Shown: one piece after another, positions 33,401 to 45,600 of the stretch | Layout: each line of letters begins with the position of its first letter | Numbering within the stretch: the first letter of the stretch is position 1 | Source: Pristiophorus japonicus | Lineage: Eukaryota | NCBI RefSeq assembly: GCF_044704955.1 | Contig: NC_091997.1 | Location: forward strand, 65,720,001-65,784,000 | Reading direction: 5' to 3' | Length of the DNA stretch: 64,000 bases | Program-made: the position numbers and the translations under genes | Notes under the pieces: generated by a model | Databases searched by the model: none | Told to the model about the DNA's origin: nothing | What the model saw: the letters and a program-made list of their open reading frames with translations, nothing else

Positions 33401-36025
33401 TCTAGTGAGAAGGAGGAACTGAAGGATATCCTTATTAGGCGTGAAATTGTGTTAGGGAAATTGATGGGATTGAAGGCCGATAAATCCCCAGGGCCTGATA
33501 GTCTACATCCCAGAGTACTTAAGGAAGTGGCCCTAGAAATAGTGGATGCATTGGTGATCATTTTCCAACAGTCTATCGACTCTGGATCAGTTCCTATGGA
33601 CTGGAGGGTAGCTAATGTAACACCACTTTTTGAAAAGGGAGGGCGAGAGAAAGCAAGTAATTATAGACTGGTTAGCCTGACATCCATGGTGGGGAAAGTG
33701 TTGGAATCAATTATTAAGGATGAAATAGCAGTGCATTTGGAAAGCAGTGACAGGATCGGTCCAAGTCAGCATGGATTTATGAAGGGGAAATCATGCTTGA
33801 CAAATCTTCTGGAATTTTCTGAAGATGTAACTAGCAAAGTGGACAAGGGAGAACCAGTGGATGTGGTGTATTTGGACTTTCAAAAGGCTTTTGACAAGGT
33901 CCTACACAAGAGATTGGTGTGCAAAATCAGAGCACATGGTATTGGGGGTAATATACTGACGTGGAGAGAACTGGTTGGCAGACAGGAAGCAGAGAGTCGG
34001 GATAAACGGGTCCTTTTCAGAATGACAGGCAGTGACTAGTGGGGTGCCGCAGGTCTCAGTACTGGGACCCCAGTTCTTTACAATATAAATCAATGATTTC
34101 GATGAAGGAATTGAGTGTAATATCTCCAAGCTTGCAGATGACCCTAAACTGGGTGGCGGTGTGAGCTGTGAGGGGGACGCTAAGAGGCTGCAGGGCAGGG
34201 TGACTTAGACAGGTTAGGTGAGTGGGCAAATGCATGGCAGATGCAGTATAATGTGGATAAATGTGAGGTTATCCACTTTGGGGGCAAAAACACGAAGACA
34301 GAATATTATCTGAATGGTGGCAGATTAGGAAAAGGGGAGGTGCAACGAGACCTGTGTGTCATGGTTCATCAATCATTTAAAGTTGGCATACAGGTGCAGC
34401 AGGCAGTAAAGGCGGCAAATGGTATGTTGGCCTTCATAGCTAGGGGATTTGAGTATAGGAGCAGGGAGGTCTTACTGCAGTTGTACAGGACCTTGGTAAG
34501 GCCTCACCTGGAATATTGTGTTCAATTTTGGTCTCCTAATCTGAGGAAGGACGTTCTTGCTATTGAGGGAGTGCAGCGAAGGTTCACCAGACTGATTCCT
34601 GGGATGGCCGGACTGACATATGAGGCGGGACTGGATCAACTGGGCCTTTATACATTGGAGTTTCTATGAGGGGATCTCATCGAAACATACAAGATTCTGA
34701 TGGGACGGGACAGGTTAGATGCGGGTAGATTGTTCCCGATGTTGGGGAAGTCCAGAACCAGGGGACACAGTCTTAGGAAAAGGGGTAGGCCATTTAGGAC
34801 TGAGATGAGGAGAAACTTCTTCACTCAGCGTTGTTAACCTGCGGAATTCCCTACCGCAGAGAGTTGTTGATGCCAGTTCATTGGATATATTCAAGAGGGA
34901 GTTAGATATGGCCCTAACGGCTAAAGCGATCAAGGGGTATGGGGAGAAAGCAGGAAAGGGGTACTGAGGGAAAGATCAGCCATGATCTTATCGAACGGTG
35001 GTGCAGGCTCGAATGACCTACTCCTGCACCTATTTTCCATGTTTGTATGTAGGCGGTGATGTTTTACTTGTCAAGCCACTCGGAGAATGTTAGGACGGAA
35101 AGCTATAGGATATACGGCACAGAAACAGGCCATTCGGCCCAACCAGTCCATGCCGCCATTTATGCTCCACTCAAGCTTCCTCCAGTCTTTCCTCATCTAT
35201 CAGCATGACCCTCTATTCCCTTCTTCCTCAAATGCTTGTCTAGCCTACCTTTAAAAGGCATCGATACTATTCGCTTCAACCACTCCCTGTGATAGCAAGT
35301 TCCACATTCTCACCACTCTCTTCTGAATTCCCTATTTGATTTCTTGGTGGCTATCTTATACTTGGTGGCCTCTACTTTTTCTCTTCCCCACAAGTGGAAA
35401 CATTCTCTCGGTAGCCACTCAATCAAAACCTCATAACTTTAAAGACCTCTATTAGGTCACCCTTCTTTTTTCGAGAAAAGAGACCCAGTCTGTTCATCCT
35501 TTCCTGATATGTATACCCTCGCATTTCTGGTATCATCCTTGTAAATCTTCTCAGCACCCTCTCCAGTGCCTCTATGTGCTTTCTTTAATACAGCGACCAG
35601 AACGGTATACGGTACTCTGTGTGGTCTAACCAAGGTTCGATACAGGTTTAGGATAACTTCCCTACTCTTCAATTCAATCCCTCTGAGGGATTCACGGCGG
35701 GGAGGGCAGCAGGAGTCCGGGAAGGGGTAAAGGTGCCCGAAGGGGGCGCGACTGATGGGCTCAACGGCCTCCCTGTCATGGAGCAAAGAGTCCCTGGGGG
35801 TTTCACCAGACAGACAAAGGGCAAAGCAAGATCCCGGGAGGGTGGGCAGCGGCCGGGTCCCGCAATCCCTACCCCTGGCCTCCCTCATAACCACAGCCGA
35901 GGCTCCAGGCCCGGCCTAGGCCGCAGTCCCCGAGCTCCCTTACCTTTCTCATTGAGCACGGGCACGGCTCCGGCCGTGGACTGGATGGGCGGCTGCTTGG
36001 CGCTCAGGCTGATCGGGGCCGCCAT
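21235..36025 (-). CDS. MFAP1: Microfibrillar-associated protein 1 (spliceosomal B-complex factor), complete 9-exon CDS, 439 aa
   Basis: Exons 35944-36025, 32124-32340, 31027-31156, 27206-27393, 25110-25218, 23319-23479, 22786-22945, 22231-22320 and 21235-21417 total 1320 nt, all GT-AG with consistent phases. Motifs: [80 protein letters not shown]. Confidence 0.97.
22231..22320 (-). CDS. MFAP1: MFAP1 exon 8
   Basis: [30 protein letters not shown]; CAG and GTACTG boundaries. Confidence 0.94.
22505..22750 (-). mobile_element. Old tRNA-derived SINE in MFAP1 intron 7, holding a single copy of the 33-bp minisatellite source segment
   Basis: A-box-like GGTGGCTCAGTTGG head; the 3' part reads CAATGCCTGTGGAAGCAGGCCCCAGTGAGAGGCAACACCTTTGGGAGA. 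Confidence 0.55.
22786..22945 (-). CDS. MFAP1: MFAP1 exon 7
   Basis: [26 protein letters not shown]...[16 protein letters not shown]; CAG and GTGAGT boundaries. Confidence 0.94.
23319..23479 (-). CDS. MFAP1: MFAP1 exon 6
   Basis: [12 protein letters not shown]...[31 protein letters not shown]; TTTCAG and GTGAGT boundaries. Confidence 0.94.
23525..24830. repeat. ~45-50 bp C-rich minisatellite in MFAP1 intron 5
   Basis: Unit CCCCACTGCCCCGTCCCGCATACTGCTCTATCCAT(C)n, about 20 copies, with a larger ~300-bp duplicated block. Confidence 0.93.
25110..25218 (-). CDS. MFAP1: MFAP1 exon 5
   Basis: [36 protein letters not shown]; CAG and GTAGCG boundaries. Confidence 0.94.
25290..25730 (-). mobile_element. 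DeuSINE (SacSINE1-like)
   Basis: Head near 25680-25725 (GGTAGCTCAGTG...GGTTCAAGTCCC on the minus strand), Deu core and tail. Confidence 0.72.
26695..26932. repeat. 69-bp minisatellite, same family as 1-285
   Basis: About 3.5 units of CATCAAACACTCCCAGGGCGGGTACAGCACGGGTTAGATACAGCGTAAAGCTCCCTCTCTACACTGTCC. Confidence 0.9.
27206..27393 (-). CDS. MFAP1: MFAP1 exon 4
   Basis: [17 protein letters not shown]...[21 protein letters not shown]; CAG and GTATGA boundaries. Confidence 0.94.
27705..29920 (+). mobile_element. CR1 LINE, 5'-truncated, with an open RT region (ORF 28044-29873), antisense in MFAP1 intron 3
   Basis: [50 protein letters not shown]; tail TTCTATGTTTCTATG; endonuclease remnant (SDHN) at the 5' end. 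Confidence 0.95.
31027..31156 (-). CDS. MFAP1: MFAP1 exon 3
   Basis: [13 protein letters not shown]...[13 protein letters not shown]; TAG and GTGCGC boundaries. Confidence 0.93.
31240..31710 (-). mobile_element. DeuSINE pieces in opposite orientations (body on minus strand, extra head on plus strand at about 31583-31710)
   Basis: Deu core on the minus strand followed by GCCGTGGGTAGCA...GGTTCAAGTTCC on the plus strand. Confidence 0.6.
32124..32340 (-). CDS. MFAP1: MFAP1 exon 2
   Basis: [31 protein letters not shown]...RLSEDVEE; CAG and GTGAGA boundaries. Confidence 0.95.
33285..35050 (+). mobile_element. CR1 LINE, 5'-truncated and frameshifted, antisense in MFAP1 intron 1
   Basis: ORFs 33284-34039 and 34241-34669 are CR1 RT segments; 3' tail near 35030-35050. 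Confidence 0.93.
35944..36025 (-). CDS. MFAP1: MFAP1 coding exon 1
   Basis: Kozak GCCATGG; [27 protein letters not shown]+G; donor GTAAGG. Confidence 0.93.
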
Positions 36026-36310
36026 GGCTGCGCCGCTCCCGGGGACAAAACTCGGGCGAGAAACAAAAATAAAGGCGACAGAATATCACAAGATGGGGGC
36101 GGCCGGCGCGCGGTGAAGATATCATCAAGATGCGCCCGGCCCCGCCCCTCGATCCTATTGGTTGTTGGCGCGGCGGGAGGGCGTGACCAGCGCGAGGGGT
36201 GGGGCTTCGTTGAATAATGACAGAAATTGGGGCGGGGCCAGTGGGCGGGGTTTCGAGAAGGGGCGGGACCTGTAGGAAGGGGCGGTCTCTCACACCCACC
36301 GTACGCACCA
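36026..36310 (-). promoter_or_regulatory. MFAP1 CpG-island promoter
   Basis: CpG-rich; cluster of GC boxes (GGGGCGGGGC, TGGGCGGGG, GGGGCGGGA), ATTGG boxes and a YY1-like AAGATGG. Confidence 0.7.
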
Positions 36311-36379
36311 GGAGCAACGCCATGGGGGACGGCCAGTGGTTTAAATGTTGGGCTCTGCGCTCAGAGGCACTGATGGACA

Positions 36380-37265
36380 AGCAAAGCGCTTCACAACCAC
36401 TGAAAGAGAAAGACTTGCATTTATATAGTGCCTTTCACGACCACCGAACGTCGCAATGCGCTTTACAGCCAATGAAGTACTTTTTGAAGTGTGGTCACTG
36501 TTGGTAATGTAGGAAACGCAGCAGCCAACTTGCGCACAGCAAGCTCCCACAAACAGCAATGTGATAATCACCAGATCATCTGCCTTTAGTGATGCTGGAG
36601 GGATAAATATTGGCCAGGACACCGGGGATAACTCCCCTGCTCTTCCTCGAAATAGTGTCTGGGATCTGATACGTCCATCTGAGGAGGCAGACAGGGCCTC
36701 GGTTTATTGTCTCATCTGAAAAATGGGTACTTGAAATCCCAACCTTCTAACTCAGAGGTGAGAGTGCTAGCACTCAACCACAGTGGACACTTCATCACAT
36801 GTGGATCCTGGATATGGTAGAGCGAGTAGGGAGAAACTCTTTGCTCTGGCAAGTGGGTCAATAAAATAATGAGGAGAAATATTTGCACACAGATGATTGT
36901 TAAGATCTGGAATGCACGATCCAACATCCTAATTTTCAAATCCCTCCAGGGCTCTCGCCCATCCCTATCTCTGTAATCTCTTCCAGCCCCACAACCTCCC
37001 AAGATGTCTGCGCTCCTCTATTTCTGCCCTCTTGGGCATCCCTGATTATCATTACTCAACCATTGGTGGCCGTGCCTTCTGTAACCTTGGCCCCAAGCTC
37101 TAAAACTCCCTGCCTAAGCCTCTCCACCTCTCTACCTCTCGTTCCTCCTTCAAGGCGCTCCTTAAAACCTACCTCTTTGACCAAACTTTTGGTCACCTAT
37201 GCTAATTTCTAGTTATGCAGCTTGGTGTCAAATTTTTTATCTCATAATATTCCTCTGAAGCACAT
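36380..37265. mobile_element. DeuSINE (minus strand, about 36380-36785) plus L2 3' end (plus strand, about 36920-37265)
   Basis: Same motifs as 930-1380 and 7875-8450. Confidence 0.68.
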
Positions 37266-37274
37266 GGGACATAA

Positions 37275-38676
37275 CACCAGTGAGAGTAAGTGACTGTGGA
37301 ATCCGTACCCCAGTGAGAGTCAGTGCCTGTGAAACACGTCACTCAGTGAGAGTCAGTGTGTGTGGGACCCGTACACCATTGAGAGTCAGTGTGTGTAGGA
37401 CCCGTACCCCAGTGAGAGTCAGTGTGTGTAGGACCTGTACCCCAGTGAGAGTCAGTAACTGTGCGACCCATACCCCAGTGAGAGTCACTATCTGTGGGAC
37501 CCGTATCCCAGTGAGAGTCAGTGTGTGTGGGACCCGTACCCCAGGTGAGTCAGTGTGTGTGGGACCTGTACCCAAGTGAGAGTCAGTGTGTGTGGGACCC
37601 GTACCCCAGTGAGAGTCATTGTCTGTGGAACCCGTACCCCAGTGAGAGTCTGTGTGTGTGGAATCCATACCCCAGTGAGAGTCAGTGTGTATGGGACCTG
37701 TACCCCAGTGAGAGTCAGTGTGTGTGGGACCCGTACCGCAGTGAGAGTCAGTGTGTGTGGGACCCGTACCCCAATGAGAGTCAGTGTGTGTAGGACCCGT
37801 ACCCCAGTGAGAGTCAGTGTTCGTAGGACCTGTACCCCAGTGAGAGTCAGTAACTGTGGGACCCATACCCCAGTGAGAGTCAGTGTGTGTAGGACCTGTA
37901 CCCCAGTGAGAGTCAGTAACTGTGGGACCCATAACCCAGTGAGAGTCACTGTCTGTGGGACCCGTATCCCAGTGAGAGTCAATGTGTGTGGGACACATAC
38001 CACAGTGAGAGTCAGTGTGTGTGGGACCCATACCCCATTGAGAGTCAGTGTGTGTGGGACCCGTACCCCAGTGAGAGTCAATGTGTGTGGGACCCGTACC
38101 CCAGTGAGAGTCAGTGTGTGTGGGACCCGTACCTCAGTGAGAGTCAGTGTGTGTGGAACTGTACCCCAGTGAGAGTCAGTGTGTGTGGGACCCGTACCCC
38201 AGTGAGAGTCAGTGTTTGTGGGACCCGTACCCCAGTGAGAGTCAGTGTGTGTGGAACTGTACCCCAATGAGAGTCAGTGTGCGTGGGACCAGTACCCCAG
38301 TGAGAGTCAGTGTGTGTGGGACTATACCCCAGTGAGAGTCAGTGTGTGTGGGATCCGTACCCCAGTGAGAGTCAGTGTGTGTGGGACCAGTACCCCAGTG
38401 AGAGTCAGTGTGTGTGGGACCTGTACCCCAGTGAGAGTCAGTGTGTGTGGGACCCGTACCCCATTGAGAGTCAGTGTGTGTGGGACCCGTACCCCAGTGA
38501 GAATCAATGTGTGTGGGACCAATACCCCAGTGAGAGTCAGTGTGTGTGGGACCCGTATCCCATTGAGAGTCAGTGTGTGTGGGACCCGTACCCCAGTGAG
38601 AGTCAGTGTGTGTGTGACCCGTACCCCAGTAAGAATCAATGTGTGTGGGACCCGTACCCCAGTGAGAGTCAGTGTC
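37275..38676. repeat. 33-bp minisatellite B, block 1 (CCCCAGTGAGAGTCAGTGTGTGTGGGACCCGTA)
   Basis: About 42 tandem units. Confidence 0.96.
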
Positions 38677-39624
38677 TGAGGCTCTATATAAATACAAGTT
38701 GTTGTTGTTGTTGGTGGTGGTGGAAGCAGATTCAACAGGAACTTTCAAAAGATAATTGGACATGTACTTGCAGAGGACTAATTTGCAAGACTATGGGCAA
38801 ATAGCTGAGAAGTCGGCACAAAGAGCTGGAACCACGGTGCATGTCGGGCAGAGAGGCCTCCTTCTCTGTTTTCATGTCAGCTGTGGCTCAGTTGATAAAC
38901 CGTGCCCCAGAGACGAGCACAAAAATCCAGGCTGACATGCCAGTACATTGCAGGACTGAGTGGGTATTGCACTGTCGAAGATGCTGGCATTCAGGTGAGA
39001 TGTTAAACCGAGATCCCTCTGCCTATAAAGACACCATGACGCAATTTTGAAGAAGAGCAGGGGAGCTATCCCCGTAGTCCTCAAGCCAATATTTATCCCT
39101 TAATCAACATCACAAAAACAGATTGTCTGGTCATTGCTATTTGTGGGAGCTTACAGTGCGCAAATTGATTGCTGTGCCTCCAACAATACAATAGTGAATG
39201 CACTTTAAAATTAGTTGTAAAGCGATTTGGAATGTTGTTACTTTTGTTGATGAGGAGCGTTGGTGCTGATTTTAAAAATTATTTATTGAGAAATTGGGGT
39301 GACAGATGCAGGACACCTCCAAGGATAGGAGGAATAGGACAGAAGGTGAGATAAGACAAGATTGGGACCCTGACACTCCATCTGGGGGAGCTCCATCACC
39401 ATGTAATACATAGCAACTCACAGTAGGTGGGGCTAGCACATTACTATGTTAAAATATAATATCAAAGATTGAAGGATGATATATCCTGGGCATTGAAGAC
39501 CTGTAGGATTTTGTCAGTATGCTATGAAATAAAGACTGCCCCATTTGTGGTTGGGAGAACTCTACAGCTAGTTTATTTGCAACAAAAGACTAGGTTTGTT
39601 GTGCTTTAAATCTGCAAACAGGCA

Positions 39625-42600
39625 CCTGTACCCCAGTGAAAGTCAGTGTGTGTGGGACCCGTACCCCAGTGTGTGTGGGACCCATACCCCAGTGAGAGTC
39701 AGTGTGTGTGGGACTGTACCCCAGTGAGAGTCAATGTCTGTGGAACCCGTACCCCAGTGAGAGTCAGTGTGTGTGGGACCCGTACCCCAGTGAGAGTCAG
39801 TGTGTGTGAGACCTGTACCCCAGTGAGAATCAGTGTGTGTGGGACCTGTACCCCAGTGAGAGTCAGTGTGTGTGGGACCCGTACCCCAGTGAGAGTCAGT
39901 GTCCGTGGAACCTGTACCTAGTGAGAGTCAGTGTGTGTTGGACCTGAAGCCCAGTGAGAGTCAATGTGTGTGGGATCGTACCCCAGTGAGAGTCAGTGTC
40001 TATGGAACCCGTACCCCAGTGATAGTCAGTGTGTGAGGGACCCGTACCCCAGTGAGAGTCAGTGTGTGTGGGACCCGTACCCCAGTGAGAGTCAGTGTGT
40101 GTGAGACCTGTACCCCAGTAAGAATCAGTGTGTGTGGGACCTGTACCCCAGTGAGAGTCAGTGTCTGTGGGAGCCGTACCCCAGTGTGTGTGGAACCCGT
40201 ACCCCAGTGATAGTCAGTGTGTGAGGGACCCGTACCCCAGTGAGAGTCAGTGTCTGTGGGATCCGTACCCCAGTGAGAGACAGTGTGTGTGGGACCCGTA
40301 CCCCAGTGAGAGTCAGTGTGTGTGGGACCTGTACCCCAGTGAGTGTCAGTGTGTGTGGGACCCGTACCCCAGTGAGAGTCAGTGTCTGTGGGACCCATAC
40401 CCCTCTAAGAGTCAGTATGTGTGGAACCGTACCCCAGTGAGAGTCAGTGTGTGTGGGACCTGTACCCCAGTGAGAGTTAGTGTCTGTTGGACCTGTACCC
40501 CAGTGAGAGTCAGTGTGTGTGGGACCCGTACCCCAGTGAGAGTCAATGTCTGTGGGACCTGTACCCCAGTGAGTGTCAGTGTGTGTGGGACCCGTACCCC
40601 AGTGAGAGTCAGTGTCTGTGGGACCCATACCCCTCTAAGAGTCAGTATGTGTGGAACCGTACCCCAGTGAGAGTCAGTGTGTGTGGGACCTGTACCCCAG
40701 TGAGAGTTAGTGTCTGTCGGACCTGTACCCCAGTGAGAGTCAGTGAGTGTGTGAGAACCCGTACCCCAGTGAGAGTCAGTGTCTGTGGAACCCGTACACC
40801 GGTGAGAGTCAGTATGTATGGTATCAGTACCCCATTGAGAATCAATGTCTGTGGGACCCATACCCCAGTGTGTGTGGGACCCATACCCCAGTGAGAGTCA
40901 GTGTGTGTGGGACTGTACCCCAGTGAGAGTCAATGTCTGTGGGACCCGTACCCCAGTGAGAATCAGTGTGTGTGGGACCCGTACCCCAGTGAGAGTCAGT
41001 GTGTGTGGGACCCGTACCCCAGTGAGAGTCAGTGTGTGTGGGACCCATACCCCAGTGAGAGTCAGTGTCCGTGGAACCTGTACCTAGTGAGAGTCAGTGT
41101 GTGTTGGACCTGAACCCCAGTGAGAGTCAATGTGTGTGGGATCGTACCCCAGTGAGAGTCAGTGTCTATGGAACCCGTACCCCAGTGATAGTCAGTGTGT
41201 GAGAACCCGTACCCCAGTGAGAGTCAGTGTCTGTGGAACCCATACACCAGTGAGAGTCAGTATGTATGGTATCAGTACCCCAGTGAGAATCAGTGTATGT
41301 GGAACTGTACCCCAGTGAGAGTCAATGTCTGTCGGATCTGTGTCACAGTGAGAGTCAGTGTGTGTGGAACCCATATTCCAGTGAGAGTCGGTGTGTGTGA
41401 AGCCCATACCCCAGTGAGTGTCAGTGTCTGTGGGACCCGTACCCCAGTGAGAGACAGTGTGTGTGGGATCCGTACCCCAGTGAGAGTCAGTGTGTGTGGG
41501 ACCCGTACCCCAGTGTGTGTGGGACCCATACCCCAGTGAGAGTCAGTGTGTGTGGGACTGTACCCCAGTGAGAGTCAATGTCTGTGGAACCCGTACCCTA
41601 GTGAGAGTCAGTGTGTGTGGGACCCGTACCCCAGTGAGAGTCAGTGTGTGTGAGACCTGTACCCCAGTGAGAATCAGTGTGTGTGGGACCTGTACCCCAG
41701 TGAGAGTCAGTGTGTGTGGGACCCGTACCCCAGTGAGAGTCAGTGTCCGTGGAACCTGTACCGAGTGAGAGTCAGTGTGTGTTGGACCTGAAGCCCAGTG
41801 AGAGTCAATGTGTGTGGGATCGTACCCCAGTGAGAGTCAGTGTCTATGGAACCCGTACCCCAGTGATAGTCAGTGTGTGAGGGACCCGTACCCCAGTGAG
41901 AGTCAGTGTGTGTGGGACCCGTACCCCAGTGAGAGTCAGTGTGTGTGAGACCTGTACCCCAGTAAGAATCAGTGTGTGTGGGACCTGTACCCCAGTGAGA
42001 GTCAGTGTCTGTGGGAGCCGTACCCCAGTGTGTGTGGAACCCGTACCCCAGTGATAGTCAGTGTGTGAGGGACCCGTACCCCAGTGAGAGTCAGTGTCTG
42101 TGGGACCCGTACCCCAGTGAGAGACAGTGTGTGTGGGACCCGTACCCCAGTGAGAGTCAGTGTGTGTGGGACCTGTACCCCAGTGAGTGTCAGTGTGTGT
42201 GGGACCCGTACCCCAGTGAGAGTCAGTGTCTGTGGGACCCATACCCCTCTAAGAGTCAGTATGTGTGGAACCGTACCCCAGTGAGAGTTAGTGTCTGTCG
42301 GACCTGTACCCCAGTGAGAGTCAGTGAGTGTGTGAGAACCCGTACCCCAGTGAGAGTCAGTGTCTGTGGAACCCGTACACCGGTGAGAGTCAGTATGTAT
42401 GGTATCAGTACCCCAGTGAGAATCAGTGTCTGTGGGACCCGTACCCCAGTGTGTGTGGGACCCATACCCCAGTGAGAGTCAGTGTGTGTGGGACTGTATC
42501 CCAGTGAGAGTCAATGTCTGTGGGACCCATACCCCAGTGAGAATCAGTGTGTGTGGGACCTGTACCCCAGTGAGAGTCAGTGTATGTGGGACCCGTACCC

Positions 42601-45600
42601 CAGTGAGAGTCAGTGTGTGTGGGACCCATACCCCAGTGAGAGTCAGTGTCCGTGGAACCTGTACCTAGTGAGAGTCAGTGTGTGTTGGACCTGAACCCCA
42701 GTGAGAGTCAATGTGTGTGGGATCGTACCCCAGTGAGAGTCAGTGTCTATGGAACCCGTACCCCAGTGATAGTCAGTGTGTGAGAACCCGTACCCCAGTG
42801 AGAGTCAGTGTCTGTGGAACCCGTACACCAGTGAGAGTCAGTATGTATGGTATCAGTACCCCAGTGAGAATCAGTGTATGTGGAACTGTACCCCAGTGAG
42901 AGTCAATGTCTGTCGGATCTGTGTCACAGTGAGAGTCAGTGTGTGTGGAACCCATACTCCAGTGAGAGTCGGTGTGTGTGAAGCCCATACCCCAGTGAGT
43001 GTCAGTGTCTGTGGGACCCGTACCCCAGTGAGAGACAGTGTGAGTGGGATCCGTACCCCAGTGAGAGTCAGTGTGTGTGGGACCCGTACCCCAGTGTGTG
43101 TGGGACCCATACCCCAGTGAGAGTCAGTGTGTGTGGGACTGTACCCCAGTGAGAGTCAATGTCTGTGGAACCCGTACCCCAGTGAGAGTCAGTGTGTGTG
43201 GGACCCGTACCCCAGTGAGAGTCAGTGTGTGTGAGACCTGTACCCCAGTGAGAATCAGTGTGTGTGGGACCTGTACCCCAGTGAGAGTCAGTGTGTGTGG
43301 GACCCGTACCCCAGTGAGAGTCAGTGTCCGTGGAACCTGTACCGAGTGAGAGTCAGTGTGTGTTGGACCTGAACCCCAGTGAGATTCAATGTGTGTGGGA
43401 TCGTACCCCAGTGAGAGTCAGTGTCTATGGAACCCGTACCCCAGTGATAGTCAGTGTGTGAGGGACCCGTACCCCAGTGAGAGTCAGTGTGTGTGGGACC
43501 TGTACCCCAGTGAGATTCAGTGTGTGTGAGACCTGTACCCCAGTGAGAATCAGTGTGTGTGGGACCTGTACCCCAGTGAGAGTCAGTGTCTGTGGGAGCC
43601 GTACCCCAGTGTGTGTGGAACCCGTACCCCAGTGATAGTCAGTGTGTGAGGGACCCGTACCCCAGTGAGAGTCAGTGTCTGTGGGACCCGTACCCCAGTG
43701 AGAGACAGTGTGTGTGGGACCCGTACCCCAGTGAGAGTCAATGTCTGTGGGACCTGTACCCCAGTGAGTGTCAGTGTGTGTGGGACCCGTACCCCAGTGA
43801 GAGTCAGTGTCTGTGGGACCCATACCCCTCTAAGAGTCAGTATGTGTGGGACCTGTACCCCAGTGAGAGTTAGTGTCTGTCGGACCTGTACCCCAGTGAG
43901 AGTCAGTGAGTGTGTGAGAACCCGTACCCCAGTGAGAGTCAGTGTCTGTGGAACCCGTACACCGGTGAGAGTCAGTATGTATGGTATCAGTACCCCAGTG
44001 AGAATCAGTGTCTGTGGGACCCGTACCCCAGTGTGTGTGGGACCCATACCCCAGTGAGAGTCAGTGTGTGTGGGTCGGTACCCCAGTGAGAGTCAATGTC
44101 TGTGGGACCCGTACCCCAGTGAGAATCAGTGTGTGTGGGACCTGTACCCCAGTGAGAGTCAGTGTGTGTGGGACCCGTACCCCAGTGAGAGTCAGTGTGT
44201 GTGGGACCCATACCCCAGTGAGAGTCAGTGTCCGTGGAACCTGTACCTAGTGAGAGTCAGTGTATGTTGGACCTGAACCCCAGTGAGAGTCAATGTGTGT
44301 GGGATCGTACCCCAGTGAGAGTCAGTGTCTATGGAACCCGTACCCCAGTGATAGTCAGTGTGTGAGGGACCCGTACCCTAGTGAGAGTCAGTGTCTGTGG
44401 GACCCATACCCCTCTAAGAGTCAGTATGTGTGGAACCGTACCCCAGTGAGAGTCAGTGTCTGTTGGACCCCTGCCATAGTGAGAGTCAGTGTGTGTGGGT
44501 ACCCCAGTGAGAGTCAGTGTGTGTGTGACCTATACCTCAGTGCGAGTCAGTGTCCATGGAACCTGTACCCAAGTGAGAGTGAGTGTGTGTGGGACCTGTA
44601 TCCCAGTGAGAGTCAGAGGGACCTGTACCCCAGTGAGAGTCATTGTGTGTGGGACCCGTACCCCAGTGAGAGTCAGTGTGTGAGGGACCTGTACCCCAGT
44701 GAGAGTCAGTGTGTGTGGGACCCATACCCCAGTGAGAGTCAGTGTCTGTGGAACCATACCCCAGTGAGAGTCAGTGTGTGTGGGACCTGTACCCCAGTGG
44801 GAGTCAATGTCTGTGGGACCCATACCCCAGTGAGAATCAGTGTGTGTGGGACCTGTACCCCAGTGAGAGTCAGTGTGTGTGGGACCCGTACCCCAGTGAG
44901 AGTCAGTGTGTGTGGGACCCATACCCCAGTGAGAGTCAGTGTCCGTGGAACCTGTACCTAGTGAGAGTCAGTGTGTGTTGGACCTGAACCCCAGTGAGAG
45001 TCAATGTGTGTGGGATCGTACCCCAGTGAGAGTCAGTGTCTATGGAACCCGTACCCCAGTGATAGTCAGTGTGTGAGAACCCGTACCCCAGTGAGAGTCA
45101 GTGTCTGTGGAACCCATACACCAGTGAGAGTCAGTATGTATGGTATCAGTACCCCAGTGAGAATCAGTGTATGTGGAACTGTACCCCAGTGAGAGTCAAT
45201 GTCTGTCGGATCTGTGTCACAGTGAGAGTCAGTGTGTGTGGAACCCATACTCCAGTGAGAGTCGGTGTGTGTGAAGCCCATACCCCAGTGAGTGTCAGTG
45301 TCTGTGGGACCCGTACCCCAGTGAGAGACAGTGTGTGTGGGATCCGTACCCCAGTGAGAGTCAGTGTGTGTGGGACCCGTACCCCAGTGTGTGTGGGACC
45401 CATACCCCAGTGAGAGTCAGTGTGTGTGGGACTGTACCCCAGTGAGAGTCAATGTCTGTGGAACCCGTACCCCAGTGAGAGTCAGTGTGTGTGGGACCCG
45501 TACCCCAGTGAGAGTCAGTGTGTGTGAGACCTGTACCCCAGTGAGAATCAGTGTGTGTGGGACCTGTACCCCAGTGAGAGTCAGTGTGTGTGGGACCCGT